The position numbers and the translations under genes were made by a program. Positions 34,528 to 44,737 of a DNA stretch of 64,000 bases are shown one piece after another; position 1 is the first letter of the stretch, and the number at the start of each line of letters is the position of its first letter. The notes under the pieces are model-generated. The model saw only the letters and a program-made list of their open reading frames with translations, did not search any database and was not told the DNA's origin. The stretch spans positions 27,516 to 91,515 of the forward strand of contig JAJDCD010000005.1 of the NCBI GenBank assembly GCA_029261035.1. Reading direction: 5' to 3'. Source of the DNA: Candidatus Omnitrophota bacterium (GTDB lineage Bacteria > Omnitrophota > Omnitrophia > Omnitrophales > JACROU01).

Positions 34528-37500
34528 ATGGGGATCAATATAAAAGGCTTATACCAAAAGCTAATAGCAGTTTTGGTTGTAGTCTCCTTTCTTTTTTCTG
34601 ACATTTCATTATGGGCACAGTCTGCGTCTGCTCAGATCCAAAGTTTACCAAAATCAACAAATGCTATGAGTAAAGGGGTTCGTATCCCGGATACTTTAGG
34701 AAGTATTCAAGATGTTCATTGGTCTGAGGGAAGTGAACGTTTTGTTGTTTTGATTCAAGATGCTCATGCCATTCAAGATGCTCAATCGAATATTCAACAG
34801 CTCATTCATTATTTTCAAGAGAACTATGGAATTGATATGGTTGCGTTTGAGGGGGCGCAAGGTACATTAGATAATCGTTTAATTAAAACATTCCCAGACT
34901 CTGAAATTGTCAGTAAGGTTATGAATCAATATTTGAAAAATGCCGAAATTACCGGAGTTGAAATGGCATCTTTGTCTGATGGAGGTTTTGTCCAATATGT
35001 GGGTATCGAAGACTGGGAATTGTATGAACAAAATTTCTTTTCTTATGTTCATGCATTAAAAAATCAAAAACGCATTCAAAATGAGCTTAATGTTTGGAAG
35101 CAGGCTTTAGACTCCAAAAGAAAAACGCTGTATTCTGAAGATATGAATCGTTTTCATAATATGATTTATGGATTTTATGAGCAAAAGATTGATTTACTTG
35201 ATCTTTTGAAATATTTAAAAGAGATTCCTTCAGTTCAAAATACTTTGACCACTTATACCTACCTTAATAGTTTGATTAAACTAATGGACGAAAATGAAAT
35301 TGTTAACAATGAAGAAATTCGTTCAGAAATTTTAAGTGTTTCTAACCATTTTTATAAAAGTCATTTCTCTAAGCTAGAAAAAAAAGATCAAAAAGAATTA
35401 AATCAAAAACTCCAGGCCCTGAATACAAGTTCACTTGCTCCTGGTGTTTTTTTGAAATGGCTTTCAGACCTTAAAGACCACTATAGGATACCTGTTGAGT
35501 TTTCTTCTACATTAATCAAAACAATTAAGGTTATGGAACGTTTTGATGTGATGAGAGGGAGCGAAGTTTTTGATGAGCTTAATCAGGTTATTTTAGCAAT
35601 TGAAAAGGAATTAGCTCTTAGTAGTGATGAACAGGAAATGGCTGCTTTGTATCGAAAAACTCGTTTCTTAGATAGTTGGGTTCGTTTGGAAATAACCAAA
35701 GACGAGTGGATGAAATTTGCAGATCAAAGGGAGGGGTATCAACAGTTACTAGAGGCGCTAGGGTTAGAAGAAGCTTTTGAAACCATGTTAGATTTTTACC
35801 AATTGGCGTTACTTAGAGATGATATTCTTTTTCAAAATTTAGTTAAACAAATGAGGAAAGCGGATAAAAATAAATCGATGCTACTTCTAGGGGGTTTTCA
35901 TGCCCAAGGAATAAAACAACAACTCAAAGATTCGGGTTATTCTTATGTGAGTATCATGCCTCGAATTAATGACCTTGAAGGTAAGGATGTTTATCATAAA
36001 GTGATGCGTGGACATTTATCGTATCAAGAACATATTTCAACAACAATTCAAGACGCATTCTTAAAAGATGTGGCTATTCAACTTACAAATCATTTAAATC
36101 CTTCAGAATATCTTTCTAAGTTAAAGCAATGGAGAGATGAGGTGATTCGTTCTCTAGCGAACGAAGGAAAAGTTTCTAAGGCGAAACAGTACACACGTTA
36201 TATTGATCCTTTGTTTAAAAATTATTATGATTTATCACAGCAAGATCAGAAATCGAACTTAAATAAGGAACAAATACTTTCAGAAGTTCAAAAAGTGTTT
36301 CAGAAGACGCAAGAAGAAACAGCCCATACTTTATGGAGCCGTTTCGAGAGCCAATTAAAGTCCTTTGAATTGGGTTTGAACCAGCTTGAAAGAAAAGATA
36401 GAAATGATCCTATGCAAATACAAAATTTAATGGAAACGATTAATGCCTTAGAGCCGGCCGCTTTGGTTCAGTTAGCTCACCCGTTAAACCCAGATCCTTC
36501 TGGAAGTAGTAATGGGTTAAAAAGTTACTTTAAAGGCGATCGTTTAGATTTGAGTATTTCGGCAAAATCTTTAGGTGCTGAAGAAGTAGAGTTTGGAGAA
36601 ATTTTGGAAGGTTTTATGCAGTTGGATGAGCTTATGGGAACGGCGACTGTTGATCAATTGACGAACCCAAGATTTAGAAGAGAAGTGGAGCAGTTATTAG
36701 AAAGTGAATCTGGGTATTTTGGAAAAATTATGGATATGATGACAGATAATAATACGGCATTTCCCGTTTTAATGGAACGAGCTCAAGATATGTTGTTTGA
36801 CCCCACACGAGAAGAAGGTATTCGTATGGGTATGGTTTCAGTTCCTCTTGCTGTTGCCAATAATATTGGTAAAGAATATGGAATCCCAGGCTTTCCAGAT
36901 ATTTTAAAAGGGAAAATTAACTCCGCAATTCAAACAGTAATGTCGTCCTTTAGTGCTATGGTGCAAAGTCCTAATCGGCCTAGAAGCGCTTATTTGGGAG
37001 GGCGTATTATTTTATTGGATGTTCCTGAACGTCATGAGTTTGCTGTTTCTCTTCGACTGGTTATTGACCAAGTTATCCTAGAGCTTAAAGAAGAGTATGG
37101 AGAGGACTTAAGACAGGTTGGAAACTCGGAGGCTCAAATTCAGCAGTTTAAAACATCTTTGGATGATTTGCCTTTTTACGGCTCTCATGCACGCGTGTAT
37201 ATGCCTAACATTATGCCTAACCAAGCAAGTCGAGATCCTCAATTTTCGGTAAAAAATGTCATGAGGACTATCAGAAGAGAAGAAGGGCGACTTCTACCAG
37301 AGCTTTTGGATGAAGGTTCAGATTTGGTTGATCAAATGGCGGAGTATATTGCGAAAGATCGGTTTTTGAGTTTTCGTCGAAATAAATTAGCTCGTGCCGC
37401 TACTTTTTGGACAGAAGAAGAAGACTTTGCACGAATTGAAGGTTATGAAGAGATTGACGAAGAGGGTCCTGAGCCTGGTGCTCGTCGATTTGCGAGTGAC

Positions 37501-40500
37501 TTTTTGGAACTATTGTTGGTGGACGCAATCAATAAATTAAATGAACGATTAGAGACCTTGGAGAATGTAAATATTCCAGGGTTGAGAAAAATTATTGATC
37601 AATGGGTTTATGCACAGCCGAATCAAACTAAACCCCTTTCTCCAGAGCAGTTGCAAGCGGTTAAAAAGAAACAAGTGGGAGTGTTGGGGGATAATCAGAT
37701 ACAAAGTATTAAACGTTCTATAACAGCTAAGCATAAAAGACAAGATTGGTTGGCGGAGCTTTTTAATCATTTTCAACAAGGAAGAAGTAAAACGATACCC
37801 CCTTATAATTTTCATTCTGAAAAACTGCCCCGAGTGGTGGACTTTCTCGAACATATTTACAGTAGTGATTTATCAAATTCTTCATATGCATTAAAGTTAA
37901 AGAATGCACTATCTGCTTTTAGTAAAAAACCAAATGAAAAAAATTTAAAATTTGTACAGCGTGCTTATCGCCGTTATCGATTGATGATGGAGGAGGGACT
38001 TGTTCTTGCTTATAGGGACCATCGATTGCAAGAGGCTTACAAGCTATTTTCTGTCAGTGAAGTTGTGAAAGCTGACAAAAAGGGATTGCTAAAAAAATGG
38101 AAAAAACATGTTTTAAGTCGACATCAGGGAGACAATGGATGGAGTGATTCTCAAAGAGAGTTGCTCGATAATGAAAGTTTGAGATTTGATCGACTAATGA
38201 ATTTGGTGACGCCTGGCTTTTTTATGTTTAAGCGTCCCGTGGGTGATGAGATTGGTTTTCTAGTTTTTGATGATGCGTCCGGATTATATAAAATGGGTTT
38301 TGCAGAGTTTAATAAAGGGAATGCTTTTTTTCAGGAAAACACGCCTGATCCCACGGATTCTGTTTACCATTCCATATTGTTGGATTTGTTGAATTCTGCT
38401 TTGGGGTATTCGAGTTCTGGAGAAGCTCAAGAGTCTCCATGGAAAGGACTGGGATTTTTTGAAAATTTAAATGATACGATGTTAACTTCCATTCAACGTT
38501 TAGCCGATGAAAAAAAGAGAGAAACTCTTGCTCGTCCTTATCCGACATCGGAGAAGGTTTATGATGAGCGTGAAAGAACGATTTTACGTATGCCTACCTA
38601 TATTCGAATAGATGAGGATTCTTCACCTCGTTATCCGCATTATGCGAAAAGTCCTAGTGGGGATGTGTACTACCGAGGGCGCCTAGGAGATGAGTGGAAG
38701 AAACAAAGTCATGTTCAAATACGCCCTAACGATAGGCTGTGGAGGCGATTTACAACGCAGTTGTCAGCAGCTAGAACTATTCGTGAAAAGTTGGTTGATC
38801 CAGATTTGGATGACATACAGCTTTTGTTTGATGATTTGGATGATTTTAATGGAATGCAAAAAAAAGACATTGAGCGTATAGGAAAAGTGGTAACGGATAC
38901 TGAGATAAGAACAGCATTTCCGGAAAAGGATAAAAAAAGAACTCGTGTGATTCAAAAAAGAAGAAAGACAGATGTTGATGTAGAAGGTCAATCTCTTGGG
39001 GTTTTGGATGTGGAAGAGTTGGAATATGAATTGAATGAAAAAGTGAGGGATGCTAAATCTATCTTGAACGACTATGCTCGAATTCATTTTGATATTAAGG
39101 ATGCTGTTTCTGAAGAAGATTATCAGAAAAAATGGATTGTTTTATTTAAGCAATGGTATTACCAACAATTAGATAAAGATCCTACTCGGAAACGCACTCC
39201 TAAAATAGCGTATGTTATTGACGAGCGTCATTTTAATACCTCTATTGCATTAATTCCTGGATTTCCTATTGAAGACTCTGAAGTGGAAGAATTGCAGAGC
39301 TTTGTTTCTGGATTAGCAAATGGAAGCATTGAGGAGGTGATTGGTTTTGAATTTGTTTTTGGGCAAAGGACAGATGCTTTTAGTGCTTTTCGTGATCGCC
39401 TTCAAAATTTGAAAGAATATTTAAGGGAAAAGACGGTTGTTAACTCAGAGCCTCTTTATTGGTTTGGAACAAGCTATTTATTAGAAATGTTAAGAGGGGG
39501 GTCTCTTAAGCTAAATCCTGAACTTTTAGATGTAGAGTTTCAAGACGATTCTGGTAGCCTTGCTAAATCAGAAACCTCAATTCCTGTAATGACAGCCACA
39601 GTAACTCCTGATGGAACGCCTGTGCTATTTAAAACTTATGAGACAGATCGTTTTATTACTGATATTGGACGAGATGGGCAAGAGAGAAAAATTGTTGATG
39701 TGGGTGTTCCAGGTTTTGTGGCTGCGATTCAGCCAGATGGAAAGGTAGATGCTATTCCTACATTGAAGTTACCTCATACAATGAAAGAAGAAGGGCTTTA
39801 TGTTTCGAAAACTCGAGAGGATGCCGCAGGAGATCGTTTGAGCAGAAGAGAAGGTATGGGCTATTTAAAATTGAAACAGCCTGCTGTTTATCAAAACACC
39901 TTAGATACATGGGCAGGCCGCATAGGAAGTGGGGAAGATTATTTTTATAATAACCCTGTTACCGAGCTTAGTGACTTATCTATTTTAACTCGAGCAAATA
40001 ATGGGCCTTTGGGCGTTGTGATAGGGGTTCAGAAAAGATTTTTTGAACGTTTTAATGTGCATAGAGAAGATGATGGAAGGCTTATTCAGTTAGATGAAAA
40101 AAATAGTTTGTCTCCTGTTACGACGATAGCAAATGCGTTCATCGGTGACATTAGTTTTTTCTCAAGAAGAGATTATGATTTTTTTATGCAAATAGCTTCT
40201 TTGTTTGATATCGAAATGCCTAAAGGGGTAACCATTCGTGTTCAAGATGGCGATGTTGTTACAGAACTTTCTTCGAGTAATGGAGCATCTTTGGGGGCGA
40301 TAACATCATATCCCTTTGATGTTACGAAATGGCATGATGAGTTGTATAAAGACTTGCGTAGTGAGCTTTACTTTCTAAGTGTTTATGATTTGCCTCAGTT
40401 TAATATACAGAGAGCTTCTTCTTTGGAAGAGTATAAAAAACAGTGGTTTCAACAATTTAAAACCTGGTATTACGAAAAGTTAAGAGATAAAGATTTAATT

Positions 40501-42351
40501 GCGCCCATTGAAGAATTAGGATTTGATGTCCCTTTGTTGCTTAGACTTATTGATTCACGAAGCCCAAATTATAGTATTGTTTATGATTCTGCATTTCCAA
40601 TTACTACTAATGATTTAAAAGCTGTTGAAGAGGTTGTTCGTCAAGTTCAAGAAAATCGAGATCTGGCTTTTGCTATAGAGGACTTGCTCAATTATGATAG
40701 AAGTGAAGGTGACCTTGTTTCGATTGTAGTACAAAAGGGAAGTCTTCTTAATGAAATTAATAGAATTAGATCTACAGATGAAGTTGATGCTGTTTTTTGG
40801 CAAGGAACAAGTTACTTTTTAGAGATTTTACAATCGAGAGGTCTAGTTCAGCAGGGGATAGGTAGAAGTATGACCGATCAAGTGATTGAAGGAGTATATG
40901 TTGAAATAGCTCCGGAAAAAGCAGCTAGTTGGAGATTGCATGAAGAACAAGGTGTTGGGTATTTAAAGATTTTTGAGCCAGAGCAATTTAAAAAAGCAAA
41001 AGCTGCTGCGGATAAAGATAGAGATGAAGGTTTTGGGCGTTCTTTTTACTTGCCATCTGTCACTTCTGCTGATGACTTATCTCCCACGACGATAGAGAAT
41101 CAGGGTGCTTTGGGTGTGGTTATTGGTTTGAGAAAGTCTTTTTTTCAGAGAGGTTGGCAAGGAGATCGAGGGCAATTGTTTGATGGAGCCAAACCAGTTA
41201 CGGATATACCTATAGAAGCTATTTCAGAGGTAATTTTTTATTCGGATAAAGACTATGAAACATTTCAGAGAGTATTGAAGCAACAGCGTGTTGTGATTCC
41301 GCCATCCGTAAAACAGCGTATTTCTAGAAATGGAGTATTAGAAGATCTTACTGTTGCAACGGCTGCAAGTTTAGGGAGTGGAGTTCAATTACGTTTAATA
41401 GATTTTTCTGGTACGGATATTTCGCAATTAGAAAAAGAAGGACAGGCTCGTTTAGATCAAATTAATGGTGTGCTGGGGCAGGCATTTTTTGGGTTGCAAA
41501 GAGATTTAGAAACGTTACCATCGGGTCAAGCTGTTGTGAACCGTATTTTTGAAGAAGATTATTTAAGGGGAATTACGAGTGTTTTAGGCGATTTAAATCA
41601 GATTGTGGATGCAACTTTTCTCTTGGATCAATTGAAAGGTGCTGTAGCGCGTCTTATTGTTATTCCGAATGCATTAGCTTCTGCTGTGGATTCAACAGTG
41701 ACTCCTTTATCTGATGAAGCTAGGGTTATTCTTCAAAATCCAGAATTATTTAACGAGTTGTACCAGAGCCAAAAAGGAAATGCTCTCTTTGCAGATCCTA
41801 CCAATGTCAATTGGAGTCAATCGTATATTTTAGATGCGTCGTTTTTTCCAAGAGTGGATGACCCTCGTAGAGAACGGGCTGAGTTGTTTGTGCAACAGTT
41901 AATTGCTTCAGGCATCCGAATTGCTGTGCCATATAAGGTGGGGAGCCCGGAAGAAAAGTTTGCATTAGAACTTAGAAAATTGATTCCTGAAGTTATGCTT
42001 GTAGGATATAACGATCGTCCGTTGGGGCAGCGAAAATTTAGAAGTTTAAAGCAGCCGATGGTCATTCTTCCAATGGGTATATCTGTGAAGTTGAATCGTA
42101 GAAGTGATTGGAAAGATAAGGGGGTTGTTGCAGATCCTCAAGCAACCTATCCTTCAATGATGAATTTGGCTGATTTTGTTTCCTTGATTAAAATTGTTTT
42201 GCACTCGGACGCGCTAAAATCGCAGTTAAAGATTGATGATGAAACCCCATTTCCACAGGTCACGATGGAATTTTTAAACTCTCTTGTTAATTTAATAAAT
42301 GACCTCGCTAAAACGAAAAAAGCCCAACAGCTGATAGCAAGAGCTGCGTAA
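34528..42351 (+). CDS. Giant modular exported protein E (2607 aa): QDAH/GGFH domain, degenerate GGDEF-like module, two paralogous ART-like modules, ends ARAA
   Basis: Signal peptide; AKSLG 36562, GQSLG 38986, GASLG 40282, AASLG 41362; the last two cargo modules align with each other. Confidence 0.9.
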   Translation: MGINIKGLYQKLIAVLVVVSFLFSDISLWAQSASAQIQSLPKSTNAMSKGVRIPDTLGSIQDVHWSEGSERFVVLIQDAHAIQDAQSNIQQLIHYFQENYGIDMVAFEGAQGTLDNRLIKTFPDSEIVSKVMNQYLKNAEITGVEMASLSDGGFVQYVGIEDWELYEQNFFSYVHALKNQKRIQNELNVWKQALDSKRKTLYSEDMNRFHNMIYGFYEQKIDLLDLLKYLKEIPSVQNTLTTYTYLNSLIKLMDENEIVNNEEIRSEILSVSNHFYKSHFSKLEKKDQKELNQKLQALNTSSLAPGVFLKWLSDLKDHYRIPVEFSSTLIKTIKVMERFDVMRGSEVFDELNQVILAIEKELALSSDEQEMAALYRKTRFLDSWVRLEITKDEWMKFADQREGYQQLLEALGLEEAFETMLDFYQLALLRDDILFQNLVKQMRKADKNKSMLLLGGFHAQGIKQQLKDSGYSYVSIMPRINDLEGKDVYHKVMRGHLSYQEHISTTIQDAFLKDVAIQLTNHLNPSEYLSKLKQWRDEVIRSLANEGKVSKAKQYTRYIDPLFKNYYDLSQQDQKSNLNKEQILSEVQKVFQKTQEETAHTLWSRFESQLKSFELGLNQLERKDRNDPMQIQNLMETINALEPAALVQLAHPLNPDPSGSSNGLKSYFKGDRLDLSISAKSLGAEEVEFGEILEGFMQLDELMGTATVDQLTNPRFRREVEQLLESESGYFGKIMDMMTDNNTAFPVLMERAQDMLFDPTREEGIRMGMVSVPLAVANNIGKEYGIPGFPDILKGKINSAIQTVMSSFSAMVQSPNRPRSAYLGGRIILLDVPERHEFAVSLRLVIDQVILELKEEYGEDLRQVGNSEAQIQQFKTSLDDLPFYGSHARVYMPNIMPNQASRDPQFSVKNVMRTIRREEGRLLPELLDEGSDLVDQMAEYIAKDRFLSFRRNKLARAATFWTEEEDFARIEGYEEIDEEGPEPGARRFASDFLELLLVDAINKLNERLETLENVNIPGLRKIIDQWVYAQPNQTKPLSPEQLQAVKKKQVGVLGDNQIQSIKRSITAKHKRQDWLAELFNHFQQGRSKTIPPYNFHSEKLPRVVDFLEHIYSSDLSNSSYALKLKNALSAFSKKPNEKNLKFVQRAYRRYRLMMEEGLVLAYRDHRLQEAYKLFSVSEVVKADKKGLLKKWKKHVLSRHQGDNGWSDSQRELLDNESLRFDRLMNLVTPGFFMFKRPVGDEIGFLVFDDASGLYKMGFAEFNKGNAFFQENTPDPTDSVYHSILLDLLNSALGYSSSGEAQESPWKGLGFFENLNDTMLTSIQRLADEKKRETLARPYPTSEKVYDERERTILRMPTYIRIDEDSSPRYPHYAKSPSGDVYYRGRLGDEWKKQSHVQIRPNDRLWRRFTTQLSAARTIREKLVDPDLDDIQLLFDDLDDFNGMQKKDIERIGKVVTDTEIRTAFPEKDKKRTRVIQKRRKTDVDVEGQSLGVLDVEELEYELNEKVRDAKSILNDYARIHFDIKDAVSEEDYQKKWIVLFKQWYYQQLDKDPTRKRTPKIAYVIDERHFNTSIALIPGFPIEDSEVEELQSFVSGLANGSIEEVIGFEFVFGQRTDAFSAFRDRLQNLKEYLREKTVVNSEPLYWFGTSYLLEMLRGGSLKLNPELLDVEFQDDSGSLAKSETSIPVMTATVTPDGTPVLFKTYETDRFITDIGRDGQERKIVDVGVPGFVAAIQPDGKVDAIPTLKLPHTMKEEGLYVSKTREDAAGDRLSRREGMGYLKLKQPAVYQNTLDTWAGRIGSGEDYFYNNPVTELSDLSILTRANNGPLGVVIGVQKRFFERFNVHREDDGRLIQLDEKNSLSPVTTIANAFIGDISFFSRRDYDFFMQIASLFDIEMPKGVTIRVQDGDVVTELSSSNGASLGAITSYPFDVTKWHDELYKDLRSELYFLSVYDLPQFNIQRASSLEEYKKQWFQQFKTWYYEKLRDKDLIAPIEELGFDVPLLLRLIDSRSPNYSIVYDSAFPITTNDLKAVEEVVRQVQENRDLAFAIEDLLNYDRSEGDLVSIVVQKGSLLNEINRIRSTDEVDAVFWQGTSYFLEILQSRGLVQQGIGRSMTDQVIEGVYVEIAPEKAASWRLHEEQGVGYLKIFEPEQFKKAKAAADKDRDEGFGRSFYLPSVTSADDLSPTTIENQGALGVVIGLRKSFFQRGWQGDRGQLFDGAKPVTDIPIEAISEVIFYSDKDYETFQRVLKQQRVVIPPSVKQRISRNGVLEDLTVATAASLGSGVQLRLIDFSGTDISQLEKEGQARLDQINGVLGQAFFGLQRDLETLPSGQAVVNRIFEEDYLRGITSVLGDLNQIVDATFLLDQLKGAVARLIVIPNALASAVDSTVTPLSDEARVILQNPELFNELYQSQKGNALFADPTNVNWSQSYILDASFFPRVDDPRRERAELFVQQLIASGIRIAVPYKVGSPEEKFALELRKLIPEVMLVGYNDRPLGQRKFRSLKQPMVILPMGISVKLNRRSDWKDKGVVADPQATYPSMMNLADFVSLIKIVLHSDALKSQLKIDDETPFPQVTMEFLNSLVNLINDLAKTKKAQQLIARAA

Positions 42352-42454
42352 TTGTCATCCCGGCCTTGAGCCGGGATCCAGTGTCTTTGTGGTTTTTATT
42401 TTTAAAATGAACTCCTATGATTTTACTGGATCCCCGATCGAGTCGGGGATGACA
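42352..42454. repeat. Paired REP-like palindromes (GTCATCCC family) abutting the stop codon of gene E
   Basis: TTGTCATCCCGGCCTTGAGCCGGGATCCAG ... CTGGATCCCCGATCGAGTCGGGGATGACA. Confidence 0.82.
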
Positions 42455-42535
42455 GAGGTTTTCTGTTTCCGTTTTTCTATCCGCTCTACGCTCCGTGCTA
42501 CTAACATGGTATAATTACATTACTTAACAAAAGGA

Positions 42536-43426
42536 GTGGTTGTGGCTGCTAAAAAAAGTAAGAAAGTAATGGTTGCGTTAGTTCAAATGCGATGTGGAGC
42601 TAAGCCAGAAGCTAATTTGGCTAAAGTGGTTTCAGCTATTGGACAAGCGGTTAAGAAAGGTGCAAAGATTATTTGTTTGCAGGAGCTTTTTAAGACCTCC
42701 TACTTTTGTCAAACAGAGGATACAAAAAACTTTAAATTAGCAGAGAAAATTCCTGGGCCTACCACAGATGTCCTTCAGCAAATAGCCAAAACACGTAAAG
42801 TTGTGATTGTGGCTTCTCTTTTTGAAAAGCGAACTCAAGGTGTGTTTCATAATACAGCTGTTGTCATTGATGCAGATGGATCGATTGCAGGGAAGTATCG
42901 TAAGATGCATATTCCTGATGACCCTCACTTTTATGAAAAATTTTATTTTACTCCCGGTGATTTAGGTTTTAAAACAGTCAAAACTAAATATGCAGACATT
43001 GGTGTATGTATTTGTTGGGACCAATGGTTTCCAGAAGCGGCACGACTAACGGCACTTTCAGGAGCTCAGATTTTATTTTATCCGACTGCGATTGGATGGC
43101 TTTCGAGTGAAAAGCCTTCGTCCTGTGTTGCTCAACATTCTGCTTGGGAAACAATTCAACGTTCTCATGCGATTGCTAATGGTGTTTTTGTTGCGGCGGT
43201 TAATCGAGTTGGCGTTGAAAAAGATATTACGTTTTGGGGTCAGTCCTTTGTTGCGGACCCTTCAGGGAAAGTAATTACGCGAGCAAGTACAAAAAAAGAA
43301 GAAATTCTTTATGTTGAATGTAATTTGTCTAAGATAGATGAACAACGTCAAAGTTGGCCCTTTTTAAGAGATCGAAGAATAGATGCTTATGATGCGCTCT
43401 TAAAACGTGTCGACGATGAAGGGTAA
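42536..43426 (+). CDS. aguB: N-carbamoylputrescine amidase (carbon-nitrogen hydrolase)
   Basis: Catalytic E (LQELF), K (YRKMHIPDDP) and C (ICWDQWFPE); adjacent to agmatine deiminase. Confidence 0.88.
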   Translation: MVVAAKKSKKVMVALVQMRCGAKPEANLAKVVSAIGQAVKKGAKIICLQELFKTSYFCQTEDTKNFKLAEKIPGPTTDVLQQIAKTRKVVIVASLFEKRTQGVFHNTAVVIDADGSIAGKYRKMHIPDDPHFYEKFYFTPGDLGFKTVKTKYADIGVCICWDQWFPEAARLTALSGAQILFYPTAIGWLSSEKPSSCVAQHSAWETIQRSHAIANGVFVAAVNRVGVEKDITFWGQSFVADPSGKVITRASTKKEEILYVECNLSKIDEQRQSWPFLRDRRIDAYDALLKRVDDEG

Positions 43427-43471
43427 GGACCCTTTTTATTTTTCAAAAGATTACAGAATAATTAGATAAAG

Positions 43472-43572
43472 TGTCATTCCCGAAACTTTTAGTGTGGAAT
43501 CCATAATACTTACGTATTACGTACTTTAGGCAAAAAGAACTGGATCCCCGACAGAAACATTCGGGGATGACA
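43472..43572. repeat. Paired REP-like palindromes (GTCAT[CT]CC family)
   Basis: TGTCATTCCCGAAA..GGAATCCA ... CTGGATCCCCGA..TCGGGGATGACA. Confidence 0.75.
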
Positions 43573-43626
43573 GTGAGAGTAGAAAGAGTTCTTTTCTTCT
43601 GGTTTTAAAAAAATTAGATAATTTCC

Positions 43627-44691
43627 ATGACCTATAAATCTGACAACACAAATTTTTCAAATAAAACCCCAAAATCCCTTGGCTTCACCATGCCTGCAGA
43701 ATGGGGTCCTCATGAGGCTACGTGGTTGTCTTGGCCCACGAATTCTATAACGTGGCCAGATTGTTTAAAAGCGGTTGAAGATATTTATATGCAAATGATT
43801 CAAGCTTTAACTCCGTATGAAAAAGTTCACTTATTGGTAGATGATGAAGGTGTAAAAGAGCAAATCTTAAATAGAATGCTTAAAAATAATATTCCAGAAG
43901 AGCAGGTTCGTTTTTTTGTGATTCCAACTGTAGATTCTTGGATTAGAGATTATGGACCTATTTTTGTTAGGAACAAAAAAGGAGAGTTGGCCTATACCCA
44001 TTGGCAATTTAATGCATGGGGTGGAAAGTATGAAGATTTAGCTCAAGATAATCTTGTAACAGAGCAACTACAAATTCCTTATCCAGAATTTAAAATTAAT
44101 CGTGAGTTAGAAGGGGGTTCTGTTGATGTTAATGGGTGTGGTTCTGTTTTAACTACGGAGCAATGTTTGTTAAACCCTAATCGTAATTCGGATTTAAACA
44201 AAGGGCAAATTGAATCTTTGCTTAATGAAAATTTAGGGACGAAACATGTTATTTGGTTGGGGGAAGGGATTGTTGGTGATGATACAGATGGACATATTGA
44301 CGATATCGCCCGTTTTGTAAACCCGTCTACGATTGTTTGTGCAGTGGAATCAGACCCAAAGGACGAGAACTATGCCTTACTGAAGGATAACCTAAAGAGG
44401 CTAAATCATTCTAAAGATCAAGACGGTAAACCCTTGAAAATTATTGAGTTACCGATGCCTGGAAAAATAGAATCTTCCGAAGGACGTTTGCCTGCCAGTT
44501 ATGCTAATTTTTATATAGCCAATGGGGTTGTTTTAGTGCCCCTCTACGGCCATAAAAATGATAAAATAGCTCTTAACATTCTGGAGGATGTTTTTGCGGA
44601 TAGAACCGTTGTTGGTATTCCATGCGCGCCTCTCGTTTTAGGTTTAGGGGCGATTCATTGTGTGACTCAACAACAACCTAAACTTACCTAG
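43627..44691 (+). CDS. aguA: Agmatine deiminase
   Basis: MPAEW, WIRDYGP, FNAWGGKY, LEGGS, DDTDGHID, SYANF and GAIHCVTQQ motifs. Confidence 0.93.
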   Translation: MTYKSDNTNFSNKTPKSLGFTMPAEWGPHEATWLSWPTNSITWPDCLKAVEDIYMQMIQALTPYEKVHLLVDDEGVKEQILNRMLKNNIPEEQVRFFVIPTVDSWIRDYGPIFVRNKKGELAYTHWQFNAWGGKYEDLAQDNLVTEQLQIPYPEFKINRELEGGSVDVNGCGSVLTTEQCLLNPNRNSDLNKGQIESLLNENLGTKHVIWLGEGIVGDDTDGHIDDIARFVNPSTIVCAVESDPKDENYALLKDNLKRLNHSKDQDGKPLKIIELPMPGKIESSEGRLPASYANFYIANGVVLVPLYGHKNDKIALNILEDVFADRTVVGIPCAPLVLGLGAIHCVTQQQPKLT

Positions 44692-44737
44692 TTCATCCGC
44701 TTATTTTTTTACTTCTTTTGAAAGGAAAGATTGATAT

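Noticed and set aside
29977-43572. Palindromic repeats as a CRISPR array or integron attC sites
   Set aside because: They are dispersed rather than regularly spaced, there is no cas or intI gene, and no RYYYAAC/GTTRRRY ends.
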